IMG/VR virus record: IMGVR_UViG_3300032213_001988 | Coordinates: 1 to 64,000 of that record | Origin: a virus | Direction: 5' to 3' (one strand) | Length of the DNA: 64,000 bases | Shown: piece by piece, positions 34,790 to 43,375 of the stretch | How positions within the stretch are numbered: position 1 is the first letter of the stretch | Layout: each line of letters begins with the position of its first letter | Position numbers and translations under genes: made by a program | Notes under the pieces: model-generated | What the model was told of the DNA's origin: nothing | What the model saw: the letters and a program-made list of their open reading frames with translations, nothing else | Database searches by the model: none

Positions 34790-35128
34790 TTACTGTAGCT
34801 CCACCCAGGTTGTTAAGATTGCGTAGTCTAGAAGATCTCCTTGTGGAGTTTCTCTATCTTCATCACAGACTGTCAAGTCTCTTTCGCCCGGGAGGTAGCC
34901 ACAGTAGCCTTGCGTCACTGTTGCAGTGTCGATTGATCCGTATCCGTTACCTAATGAAAATACTAAACCTTCGCGTTGAATTGCAGATGCAAGCGCACGA
35001 CGGACAACCTCATTTTCGATATCTACGTGCGCATCAGTGTAGAATATGTACGCAGCGTCGGTTTTAGGCTCGTAGCCCTCACCTTCCCATATAGACCATA
35101 AGGACTGGCCTGCTCTTGAATCTCGCAT
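34790..35128 (-). CDS. Hypothetical protein, probably leaderless
   Basis: 112-aa ORF; TACAAT lies 6 nt upstream of the ATG with no RBS. Confidence 0.65.
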   Translation of the reverse strand: MRDSRAGQSLWSIWEGEGYEPKTDAAYIFYTDAHVDIENEVVRRALASAIQREGLVFSLGNGYGSIDTATVTQGYCGYLPGERDLTVCDEDRETPQGDLLDYAILTTWVELQ

Positions 35129-35243
35129 GTATACATTGTATCTTGAGTCTCGCTCGTTTGCGCAGGAAACACCGGTATTTTTTAGACGTGAAGATATATG
35201 GACCCAGGCGTGAAAGTGTCTCTAATGACGACTGAGCGCCCTG

Positions 35244-35771
35244 CTATAGGTTGTTAAACGTGCCTAAGTATAGGTTGCCGTTAACGTCAGGCCATAGGTA
35301 CTGATAATGAGGAGGGCGATAGCCAGGGTCTTCTTCCCAGCCAAACTGGCTATACCAGCTGTAATCTTTGCGTAAAAGTGACACACGGTGCGTGGACGCA
35401 ACCTGTTCAAACTTATCTCTGTCTGCCATCCAGCCAGGAAAGACTAGCTCTGGAGAGATTAACTTGCGCTCAACTGCAATATCAAATGTGCCGTAGATCT
35501 TGCCAAGCATTGTAGACTTGTAGCCGCGCTTACGCCACTCGAAGTACGTCGCTGCAAGATAAGAGACTAGCACGGCTTCGTGTCCGCGCCACATGTGCGC
35601 AACAGGATGATTAACCCAACCTTTAGGGTCACGAAACTCGCCCGCAGGATTAAGCTTAGTTAAGGCTAGTAAACACTGCCAGCCTTCTAAGGTTTGCTTG
35701 TGAAGGCGCTTGTTATCAAGCTCAGCAGCAATGCGCTCGAACGAATCGGTCTGTTGCATAAACGTTTGCAT
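35244..35771 (-). CDS. Pyrimidine-dimer DNA glycosylase family (DenV/MSMEG_6728-like)
   Basis: MQTF...LDNKRLHKQTLE...HPVAHMWRG...HRVSLLRKD..WY.QFGW...Y.WP. Confidence 0.8.
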   Translation of the reverse strand: MQTFMQQTDSFERIAAELDNKRLHKQTLEGWQCLLALTKLNPAGEFRDPKGWVNHPVAHMWRGHEAVLVSYLAATYFEWRKRGYKSTMLGKIYGTFDIAVERKLISPELVFPGWMADRDKFEQVASTHRVSLLRKDYSWYSQFGWEEDPGYRPPHYQYLWPDVNGNLYLGTFNNL

Positions 35772-35800
35772 GTTGTGCGTCCTTTGTCATTTGGTAGATA

Positions 35801-35809
35801 AATTATATC
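35801..35809 (-). promoter_or_regulatory. Extended -10 promoter TGATATAAT
   Basis: TGn-TATAAT just upstream of the glycosylase RBS. Confidence 0.55.
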
Positions 35810-36086
35810 AGGTGCCCTTGCTATATGGGTCAGTATTGAGATCGTCTAGGTTAAGAGGATCAACGTCATACTGAACCTCATCTGCCTCCATGTTTGCGTA
35901 TATTCCTACTATAGTAATATCTCCACATGAGGCACAGACGTTAATCTCGCCTGTCTTTAGCTCATCTGGAACTGTCACCGCAGTTAGCTTAGATATTAAA
36001 CTTCCATCGTCTCCAACAGATTCTGGCTCCCACTGTGTGTTCTCTTCAAGATAACACTTCTCGCACTGCGGATAGGCTTTTGTCAT
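35808..36086 (-). CDS. Hypothetical Zn-binding protein
   Basis: CEKC...CASC. Confidence 0.6.
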   Translation of the reverse strand: MTKAYPQCEKCYLEENTQWEPESVGDDGSLISKLTAVTVPDELKTGEINVCASCGDITIVGIYANMEADEVQYDVDPLNLDDLNTDPYSKGT

Positions 36087-37318
36087 TCGTAGCGCTTCTT
36101 TGCTGCGTGCCTTGAGAAGCCCTTATCAGTGTCTATAAGCCATTCACGATCTCCGATTAGTTCACCCTGGGGTCCGTTAGGTTCCCCACTCAGAGAGGCA
36201 ACTACGGCATCTCCTAGCCACTTAGCAGCGTGCACTGGAACTGCCTTTCCCCACGTAGCTTGCATCGCAGAGTAGTCCTTAGCACCTTCAATGTCCCAAT
36301 CGTCTGGCAGACCTTGCATGCGTGCACACTCGCGGTGAGTAAGAAGTCGCGGTTCAGTTGGGTGAACAACATGATCTAACGCAGAGCCAGTAAGCACGTT
36401 ACACCAGTGATCTTCCTTCCAGCGATACGGCTGAGAAAACCCAAGTTTATACTGCTTGCGTACAACACGCGCAGATATGTCGACCCAACGTTGAGGAAAC
36501 TTGCCATCATTCATTTCAACGGCCTTCTTTATGGCTCCGCCAAGATCTCCGTTCCCTGGCCACCCGTCATTTCCAATGATGTCAAACACCTCTTGAATTC
36601 TCTGTGAGTGAATCGTGTCCTTGCCAATGTGCCCGTTTACCTTGCCGTTTTTTGAGCGCAAGGACTTAGTAAACTTAGAGTGTTTTTCAATGTAAGGCTG
36701 CGCCTCCCACTGTTGTGGAAGATGCGCAAGATCACCTATGATGTCCATGATCTTAGGGAATTCCTTAGGCTCTGTCACCTGCGCACCAAACTTTAATCCT
36801 TTGCGTACCGCAACCCAGAAGTAACGTGGTCGATACGAGAATCCACCAAGTTGAAGATTGTTTTGTTTTACGTGATATAAGTCGTATTTCTTACCAGAGA
36901 TCTCTTCTACCATAAGACGATACTTGTTCATCGTCTCTCTCCCTTGTGTATAGGCTTGCTGCACGCACTCAAACACAATAATCTTTGGCGCAACTCGCCC
37001 TGCGTATCTCATAAAGGCGCGCGTATGCTCGTGCGCTGCAGAATCAGGACCACGATTTGCAGGACCAGACCAGACTGACCAACCAGAGCATGGAGGACAG
37101 CCAACGACAGCATCAACCTTGTGAACTGGCCACTCGTTTGCGTCATCTGAGAAAAATGTGCTCCACTTATTGCCTAGATGATGACGATTAGCTTCTGCAA
37201 CTGCGTTGCCAAAGTTAAGTGTGCCCGTGCGATTTGTCATTTCCATTCCAGCCTGCACAAGGCCTAAGCTCATGAAACCTGCAAGCCCGTTGCAGTCAGT
37301 AAATGTTGGTGTAGTCAT
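36083..37318 (-). CDS. C5-cytosine DNA methyltransferase homologue with degenerate SAM-binding motif
   Basis: Motif IV GCPPCSGWS, motif VI FECV, motif VIII YRPRYF, motif IX RLLTHRECARMQGLPDDW, motif X WGKAVP; motif I reads DCNGLAGF. Confidence 0.8.
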   Translation of the reverse strand: MTTPTFTDCNGLAGFMSLGLVQAGMEMTNRTGTLNFGNAVAEANRHHLGNKWSTFFSDDANEWPVHKVDAVVGCPPCSGWSVWSGPANRGPDSAAHEHTRAFMRYAGRVAPKIIVFECVQQAYTQGRETMNKYRLMVEEISGKKYDLYHVKQNNLQLGGFSYRPRYFWVAVRKGLKFGAQVTEPKEFPKIMDIIGDLAHLPQQWEAQPYIEKHSKFTKSLRSKNGKVNGHIGKDTIHSQRIQEVFDIIGNDGWPGNGDLGGAIKKAVEMNDGKFPQRWVDISARVVRKQYKLGFSQPYRWKEDHWCNVLTGSALDHVVHPTEPRLLTHRECARMQGLPDDWDIEGAKDYSAMQATWGKAVPVHAAKWLGDAVVASLSGEPNGPQGELIGDREWLIDTDKGFSRHAAKKRYE

Positions 37319-37368
37319 AAAGTATCTCCCGTAGTAGCCACGGAAGGACTGTATACTGGCTTTTAAGC

Positions 37369-37692
37369 TTAAGGCTGCTCTAGGGGAGCAGTTTTATTGC
37401 TTTTTTCAGCCTCAAGTTGTCCTACCTCGTATCCACACCCAGCGTAGCCTGCAATATCAATCCAAGTATCAGGCTGAAAACCAGACTTTGACCCATAGCG
37501 AGCAAGTTTAAGCCCTACCATCATCATTGCAACGTCTTCGCGTGTAAAGTTGTAGTTAGTGATAACACTCCACACCTTTGCGATACGTTCAAAGTTCTCT
37601 TCTGGTCCTCCGTATTGAACGTCACGCTCGCCGGCAATAATTCTTGCCGCCTCGCGTAACGCCTCAACACGTGGTTTATTTTCCTGGCTCAT
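37369..37692 (-). CDS. DUF6378-like helical protein
   Basis: LREAARII.GER...YG.PEENFERIA.VW...DVAMMM..LKLAR...DTWIDIAGYA. Confidence 0.7.
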   Translation of the reverse strand: MSQENKPRVEALREAARIIAGERDVQYGGPEENFERIAKVWSVITNYNFTREDVAMMMVGLKLARYGSKSGFQPDTWIDIAGYAGCGYEVGQLEAEKSNKTAPLEQP

Positions 37693-37694
37693 CG

Positions 37695-37904
37695 CTAAAC
37701 TCTCACCTTGACTTTACAGTCTGCTGAAAACGTTAAGTCCATTGGTCCTTCTTCTCCACAGAAAATAAACATTTCTATGTCAATTTTTTCTTTTATAGAA
37801 TCGTAATCTTCTACTTTAAAATAAGAACATATTCTTTCTATAAGCTTTCCTTCAATTTGTTCTTTTGTTTTTCCAATAATCTGAAAAGTTATGGTTGCTC
37901 TCAT
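37695..37904 (-). CDS. Hypothetical protein, locally AT-rich
   Basis: 69-aa ORF coupled to its neighbours. Confidence 0.55.
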   Translation of the reverse strand: MRATITFQIIGKTKEQIEGKLIERICSYFKVEDYDSIKEKIDIEMFIFCGEEGPMDLTFSADCKVKVRV

Positions 37905-38323
37905 TATTTGATCCTTCTTTCTAACTTGTATGGTGAATAGTGAACTCCGTCAAGAAAAGGCTTCTTGTCGTCGTTTGAGCGAATAATAATATCTCCGCTT
38001 CTTATTGCAACTACTATACCTCTCCGTCCGTTGTGCATTGCGCCCGTTGAGTCGCTGAAGGCGTCGTTCATTACGCGCACCTCTTCACCGACTGTTAAGA
38101 AACCCGCCTGAGCAGGTACCCAAACCTCGTCCTTTGGTGGATCAACAAGCGAGTGGTTAAGCGCAAGTTTGCTAAATACCTCAACGGCAGACTTTGCATG
38201 CTCTGGTTTTAGCTCAAGCGCCTTCCATGTGTCTAGTAGCTCAAGAACAGCCTTGCCAACAACAACACGAACTTTTGCTGAGACAAACTGTTCTCTTGCC
38301 CATTCCTCATTTATATCTGGCAT
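37904..38323 (-). CDS. Hypothetical protein with SH3/KOW-like C-terminus
   Basis: LTVGEEVRV...HNGRRGIVVAIRSGDIIIR. Confidence 0.6.
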   Translation of the reverse strand: MPDINEEWAREQFVSAKVRVVVGKAVLELLDTWKALELKPEHAKSAVEVFSKLALNHSLVDPPKDEVWVPAQAGFLTVGEEVRVMNDAFSDSTGAMHNGRRGIVVAIRSGDIIIRSNDDKKPFLDGVHYSPYKLERRIK

Positions 38324-38324
38324 T

Positions 38325-38795
38325 TTACCCCTCCACTACTGGTCTGCACTTTGCGCAGACGTCTGGCGTCTTGCCAACGCCAACATCGTCAATTGCCCTT
38401 GAGCACATCGCGCACTTGACGCCGATGTCCTTTACCTTATATCCATTTAACTGACGCTGCTTATTCTTTTCCATCTTTTCAAGATAGAACTTGTTAAGCT
38501 GCTCGTCTGTTCCTCCCGCCGCAACGATGATGTTTGCAACAAAGTGTAGAACGTCAACAGCTTCCTTAACAATCTCTTCGCGGTCTGCGTAAGGCTTATC
38601 GTGCTGCCAAGGCTTCCACGAAATTGCCTGCCGCATCTCTGCAAGCTCATCGTCGATGGCTAACATGTTCCAGCGCATGTACTCAACAAGACGGCGGATA
38701 TTCGCGTCCTTGTCGCCTTCCATCTCTTCGTAGTTAATGTAGTAGACGTCCTTCTGCAGGTCGCGTGTCTTCTTTAGCCAGCTATCAAACAGCAT
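38325..38795 (-). CDS. Dimeric all-alpha dCTPase/dUTPase (T4 gp56-like) with C-terminal Zn ribbon
   Basis: DELAEM...WKPW...KEAVDVLHFVAN...FYLEKMEKNKQRQLNGY matches the gp56 pattern WKPW...E..D..HF..N...Y..K...N..RQ..GY; then CAMC...CAKC. Confidence 0.8.
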   Translation of the reverse strand: MLFDSWLKKTRDLQKDVYYINYEEMEGDKDANIRRLVEYMRWNMLAIDDELAEMRQAISWKPWQHDKPYADREEIVKEAVDVLHFVANIIVAAGGTDEQLNKFYLEKMEKNKQRQLNGYKVKDIGVKCAMCSRAIDDVGVGKTPDVCAKCRPVVEG

Positions 38796-39804
38796 ATACT
38801 GCTCCTTTTATGTTAAGTGTTCTTTCTAAGTTGTGCAGTGCTTCTTCCTTGCCCGGTGAGTTAGCTAAGTAGGCGCTACTCTGAGTTCTTGACAGATCGT
38901 ATCTTTCCTGTGGTGTCATATCCTCAATCGTTGCTGCAAGGTACCTCCAAGAATTGCCAATTGCAGACGTGCTTGTCCAAAGTGACGCGATTGGCGTTGC
39001 AGTGTTCATTGCTTGGATATAACGATACGTCCACCAGGTTCTATCCTTGTGCGGGGATATAAGTGCACCAATAGACTGCCTGATCTGTTCTTCAACCTGT
39101 GAGTCAGTCCAGCCCTTGTTCCACTTCATTGGCATGGCCGGATAGTTTAAGGTTGAAAGCTTTTTCTTTGTCCACGGTGAATCATGACTATCTGCTACCC
39201 ATCGCGCAGTTCTATCTGTTACACCCTGCGTGTTTTTCTCGACGATATACGCATCAAGGTTTACTCCGTGCAGTGATGCAGCAGCTCCTTCAGGCAGTTG
39301 GTCACTGGCGCTTTGTTTTGTGTCCCAAGGAAGAACAGGGCACAATGTAGTTGGCCATGTTTCATTTAGTAGAAACTCAACAACGGCAAGCATCTCATTT
39401 GATCTTGCAACCGCAAGACGGTATCCCTTGCGGTTCTTGTAGAACTCCTTTGTAAGGTTTCCGTTCCAGGTGCTGATTGATGTCAAACTCGATCTAATCT
39501 GCACAGGATTAGGCGCGTCAATAAAAAACCTAAGCTTATCTGTACCCTTAAGCAGATCAATAAGGTGTAGTGCTCCATACGCGTAGTTTGCGCTTAAACT
39601 TGTTAACGGAGAGATGCCAACAAGAACTGAGTCGTAGTAGTCCAGGTGTTGAGCTTCCCACGTAATATCTGGCTCAAGCATCACGACTTGATGCCCTGCG
39701 TCAGTAAGAACCTTGTCAACAAGACCTGCAAAAGATAGCGAGCGCTTGTTTGCACTGGTTGATACCTGTGGCGCAGACATACCTGTAATAAGAACGCGAC
39801 TCAT
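38785..39804 (-). CDS. GT-B fold glycosyltransferase, putative DNA transferase 2
   Basis: RVLITG...LTDAGHQV...YDSVLVG...RFFID; C-terminal WWTYRYIQAMNTATPI. Confidence 0.6.
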   Translation of the reverse strand: MSRVLITGMSAPQVSTSANKRSLSFAGLVDKVLTDAGHQVVMLEPDITWEAQHLDYYDSVLVGISPLTSLSANYAYGALHLIDLLKGTDKLRFFIDAPNPVQIRSSLTSISTWNGNLTKEFYKNRKGYRLAVARSNEMLAVVEFLLNETWPTTLCPVLPWDTKQSASDQLPEGAAASLHGVNLDAYIVEKNTQGVTDRTARWVADSHDSPWTKKKLSTLNYPAMPMKWNKGWTDSQVEEQIRQSIGALISPHKDRTWWTYRYIQAMNTATPIASLWTSTSAIGNSWRYLAATIEDMTPQERYDLSRTQSSAYLANSPGKEEALHNLERTLNIKGAVYAV

Positions 39805-41006
39805 GCATCGGTACCGTCTGCGTTTAACTTAACGCCCTTGTCCTCGCGTAGTGCGCGCGCAATGATGCGTTCACAGTGATCCTTAAACTGGTCATACGTT
39901 CCGATGTAAGGGCGTAACGCGTCAGCCTGTGCCTTTGCTGCTGCAACTAGCTCTGTATCTGACATCTTTTCAACGTCTGCGATGGTTAACTTATAGGCAT
40001 CACCTAACGGATCACCTTCGCCTTTATCGGTAACGAGAATAGATCCAATGTGCGCTGCGTAGAGGAAGCGCGAACGCCACCAACCTGAACCTGCGTGTGG
40101 ATACGGTGGAGAAAGAATTCCCCAACGAGTGTTGTAATACTCAAGTACTTCCTGCTCTGTATCAAGACGCTTTCCACCAAGCTTACGAATAAGTTTACGA
40201 CTACCAATAATTTCAACAGCCCAGTCTGGTTTCTTACGACCTAGCCATTCATCGTGTGGCATTAGTGCGCCAAGCACCCACGCACGATTCTTTTCTGTCG
40301 ATGGAGTTACAGCTGCGAGCGTATCGTTAACCACTACACTAGGGTCCAGTGCCTCAATGGGACCGACTTCTTTTGGCATACGTTTACGAACACCGGTGCG
40401 GTCACCCCACGCATACATCGGACAAACTGGAACCATACCAGCTTCCCAGCGGCGGTCAATCATGTCTGTTGCTGCCTGCACAAGACGTTTTTCGTAAGGC
40501 TGAACGTTTTCGTCTGTGTCCATCATGTAGTAACGTTCAATGTAGCATTTCTTCGCCGCAACTGGATCTAATACACGAACACGTTCTAACGCTGCCTCGA
40601 TATCTGCGCGACTAAAGTAGGTTGCGCCTTCTTCACCGCGATGCTCTGTTCCAACAAGCAGATGCTTATAGAGCATTGAAGGCTTTTTCATCATAGCGCG
40701 AGCGCCATTGAACACAGTATTAAACTGCCAATCATCAAAAAATCCAACCGCAGGCAAGCCTGAGGATAAAGTATAGAGAGCGCCCATAGCGCCTTGTCGT
40801 CCATTTAGCGAGTTCAACGGAGCAAGGTTAACCCAAGCAACATCGTATGAGGACAAATCCTCGCCAGGCGTTACCTTACGCCAGTCAACTTCATGACCTA
40901 AATCTGTTAATGCCTTTACAATTAACGCAGGCACATCAATCTTTTGTATTGTGCGTCGTTCTGTGTTAATCTGTAACGCAGTAAAACCAGTCATCAAGAT
41001 TTTCAT
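39801..41006 (-). CDS. GT-B fold glycosyltransferase resembling T4 beta-glucosyltransferase, putative DNA transferase 1
   Basis: MKILMTG...LTDLGHEVD...DLSSYDVAWVN.APLN...GFFDDWQF parallels the BGT N-domain (DVNDYD.LIVVNSSIN...YLFTDIRL); C-terminal WWRSRFLYAAHIGSILV. Confidence 0.65.
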   Translation of the reverse strand: MKILMTGFTALQINTERRTIQKIDVPALIVKALTDLGHEVDWRKVTPGEDLSSYDVAWVNLAPLNSLNGRQGAMGALYTLSSGLPAVGFFDDWQFNTVFNGARAMMKKPSMLYKHLLVGTEHRGEEGATYFSRADIEAALERVRVLDPVAAKKCYIERYYMMDTDENVQPYEKRLVQAATDMIDRRWEAGMVPVCPMYAWGDRTGVRKRMPKEVGPIEALDPSVVVNDTLAAVTPSTEKNRAWVLGALMPHDEWLGRKKPDWAVEIIGSRKLIRKLGGKRLDTEQEVLEYYNTRWGILSPPYPHAGSGWWRSRFLYAAHIGSILVTDKGEGDPLGDAYKLTIADVEKMSDTELVAAAKAQADALRPYIGTYDQFKDHCERIIARALREDKGVKLNADGTDA

Positions 41007-41029
41007 ACTACTCCTTAAATAATTGCTGG

Positions 41030-41061
41030 ATCATTACCCATGCTTGTGCATGGGTAATGAT
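41030..41061 (-). terminator. Perfect 14-bp stem-loop between the SSB-like and glycosyltransferase genes
   Basis: atcattacccatgc-ttgt-gcatgggtaatgat; only a weak U-tract follows. Confidence 0.55.
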
Positions 41062-41076
41062 ACCAGACAATCGTTG

Positions 41077-41631
41077 TTAGAACGGTGCAGCAGGTGGTGC
41101 AGCAGGCGCTGGAACTGATGCAGCAGCGGCAGGCGCTGGTGCAGGAGCAGGCGCAGCGGCAGGCGCTGGTGCAGGGGCAGGTGCAGGCGCAGCTGCCACT
41201 ACAGGTGCAGCAGCTGATGCTGTTGCAGTGTAGTACATCTTGATTTCGTTCTTCTTAGAGCCGTTCCACGTGCGAGAACCAATCTGCGCGCGGAAGGCAC
41301 GATTTTGCAGTGCTGCCTCAATAGCAGCGTTGCTTGGTGAAGTTGCGAAGTACTCACGGCCAAGGCCTAGAGCTGCCATCTTACGGAAGAACATTCCGAG
41401 TGCTGCAGGACTGTCTGGTGTAACAACAAGGTTATCCCAAACACGACGCTTAGCGTGCGCGCCACCTGTAACTTGCGCTGTTATCGCAAACATTGTCTTA
41501 CCAGATTGTGCAACCTTTGCAGTTGCTTCAATTACGATTAAATCGTAGTCTCCATCGGGAAGCGGCTCAAAATTACCACCACCGACATCTCCAGCGTCCT
41601 TTACAAGGTCGCCCCAGTTGAGTGAACTCAC
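41077..41631 (-). CDS. DUF669-like single-stranded DNA-binding protein with Ala/Pro-rich tail
   Basis: FEPLPDGDY.L.V.EA...SGK.M...G..RRVWDNL...KNEIK; (AP)n tail ending in PF. Confidence 0.75.
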   Translation of the reverse strand: MSSLNWGDLVKDAGDVGGGNFEPLPDGDYDLIVIEATAKVAQSGKTMFAITAQVTGGAHAKRRVWDNLVVTPDSPAALGMFFRKMAALGLGREYFATSPSNAAIEAALQNRAFRAQIGSRTWNGSKKNEIKMYYTATASAAAPVVAAAPAPAPAPAPAAAPAPAPAPAAAASVPAPAAPPAAPF

Positions 41632-41665
41632 GGTTATCCTTTCAATAGTGCGCTAACCAATTTGG

Positions 41666-42436
41666 TTAGGACGCGGCTTTCTTTGCTTTGGCTTCTGTCT
41701 TTTCGCCAAAAATCATGTCTAACATGCGCTCAATGCCAAGGTCTTGTTGTTCAACAATTTTACCAAGGCGTCCTTGAACACGCTCACCAGCTTCAAACTC
41801 GTCTGTTCGTTCGACGTACATACGACGAACTTTATACGGAGCTTGCAGTGGATCTGGGTTAGGAAAAGTCTCGACGTTGATTGCGCCAAGAATGTCGTAA
41901 AAGTATGGTGCCTGAATAGCAAGTTGACCCTGTAGGTACGGACGCATACGCCCGTCCTGGCCTGGTCGTGCCATAGCAGTAAGCACAACAGCTTCTAACG
42001 GTTGAGTTGGGTGCATTGTAAGGTCACGTAGGTCACGCAAAAGTGCGCCCATGTGACGAAGCAACTCGCCCCACTGTTGCATCTTCATCTGCTCTGTACC
42101 TGCAATTGAATCCATGCACTTCACTTGAAGCTCAGAGATAGAATCAATGATAAGAGATTTGAACTGATGCTTTCCAGTTTGTAACCACTGGAATGTTTTG
42201 ATAACAACGTCGTAGTCACGAACATTTACTACGACAGTGTCCCATGTGCCATCTGCGACTGGTGGTTCTTCGCGCAGAGGGTCCCAGTACCTTACGGTGA
42301 TAGGTAGGAATCGGTGCCCACCTTCAACGTCGAGCATGAGACGAGGATAGGGTGCAGTTACGGCAAAAGTTGACTTACCAACCTTTGACTCGCCATACAC
42401 CATGATAGTCAGCGAACGCTGTACTTCATTTGACAT
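41666..42436 (-). CDS. AAA/RecA-like ATPase (Sak4-like annealase)
   Basis: YGESKVGKST Walker A; LIIDSISE Walker B. Confidence 0.8.
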   Translation of the reverse strand: MSNEVQRSLTIMVYGESKVGKSTFAVTAPYPRLMLDVEGGHRFLPITVRYWDPLREEPPVADGTWDTVVVNVRDYDVVIKTFQWLQTGKHQFKSLIIDSISELQVKCMDSIAGTEQMKMQQWGELLRHMGALLRDLRDLTMHPTQPLEAVVLTAMARPGQDGRMRPYLQGQLAIQAPYFYDILGAINVETFPNPDPLQAPYKVRRMYVERTDEFEAGERVQGRLGKIVEQQDLGIERMLDMIFGEKTEAKAKKAAS

Positions 42437-42439
42437 ACG

Positions 42440-43375
42440 TCACTCACTTCCTTTCTTCTCTTCGATGTGGTAATACCCGTATGGATCGGATGATTCATAC
42501 GCCTCGCTAAGTGCTTGTTCGGCGGCGCTTCCGTCGTCAAACATTGGGCATATAGCGAAAAATTGACATTTCCATTTGCAATCACGACTTGGTCGTGGAT
42601 ACGCAACAAGCTGATGAGATGATCCATCGTCTAAGGCTTGACGCACGTTGAGCATATCAGATAGTGTTCCATGAATACGTTGCCAGAAGTTACGTAACGC
42701 AAAAACATTGTGTCGAACTTCCATCTGCTCATAAAAAGGTGGTCGTGCATTTGCAGAGCGTTTTACCTTCTTAAGCATTGTAAAGATTCCGCCTTCAGAA
42801 CGTTCGCCTTCTTTGTTCTGTGCAGTCTCAAGCATCATATATGTAAGGATCTGCTCATTCATGTGCGCCATCGCCGCAAAGTCTGTGAATGACCCTCCAA
42901 CAGTCTTAAAGTCACGGAACATACGCACGCCGTCAGCCTTACGACGAACACGCATATCAATCTTGCCTTGAAGAATAACCTTGCCATCAAACAACGGCAT
43001 CTCGATAATTTCTTCTGTAGAGATCATCTCTAGCTCAGCATCAATTCCATTTTCTTCAATCCACTCAAGATATCCTTCGAGCATGATGCGCCCAAGCTCA
43101 GCCTCAGCGTCAAGATCATACGTATCTCTAATCTGCGCTTCTAGGTCTGCCTTATCCTTTGCAATAAGAGCAGAGTGCGCCTCAAGAAGAGGTATTCCTT
43201 TTGAGTAGTAGTCATCAAGCGCCTGGTGAATGCGAGAACCAAGCGCTAACGCACCAGTCTTTGACTCTGTGCGTGGACGTAAACGACGGTAGTAGCTTAG
43301 CCACCACTTACGTCGACAATCCTTAAATGTTTGGATCTCTGAGTTTGATATGCGTATTGGTTCTACTACGCTCAT
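42440..43375 (-). CDS. PD-(D/E)XK RecB/Cas4-like exonuclease
   Basis: SNSEIQTFKDCRRKW...LGSRIH...GKID...RDFKT...Q...Y; C-terminal CKWKCQF..IC. Confidence 0.85.
   Translation of the reverse strand: MSVVEPIRISNSEIQTFKDCRRKWWLSYYRRLRPRTESKTGALALGSRIHQALDDYYSKGIPLLEAHSALIAKDKADLEAQIRDTYDLDAEAELGRIMLEGYLEWIEENGIDAELEMISTEEIIEMPLFDGKVILQGKIDMRVRRKADGVRMFRDFKTVGGSFTDFAAMAHMNEQILTYMMLETAQNKEGERSEGGIFTMLKKVKRSANARPPFYEQMEVRHNVFALRNFWQRIHGTLSDMLNVRQALDDGSSHQLVAYPRPSRDCKWKCQFFAICPMFDDGSAAEQALSEAYESSDPYGYYHIEEKKGSE

Noticed and set aside
34790-37318. TET/JBP dioxygenase partnering the C5-MTase (post-replicative hmC route)
   Set aside because: No neighbouring ORF shows a 2OG-Fe(II) HxD...H pattern that I could recognise.
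42440-43375. Cas4-like nuclease as part of a CRISPR system
   Set aside because: There is no repeat-spacer array or other cas gene. Its context (Sak4-like ATPase, SSB, helicase) is a standard phage recombination module.
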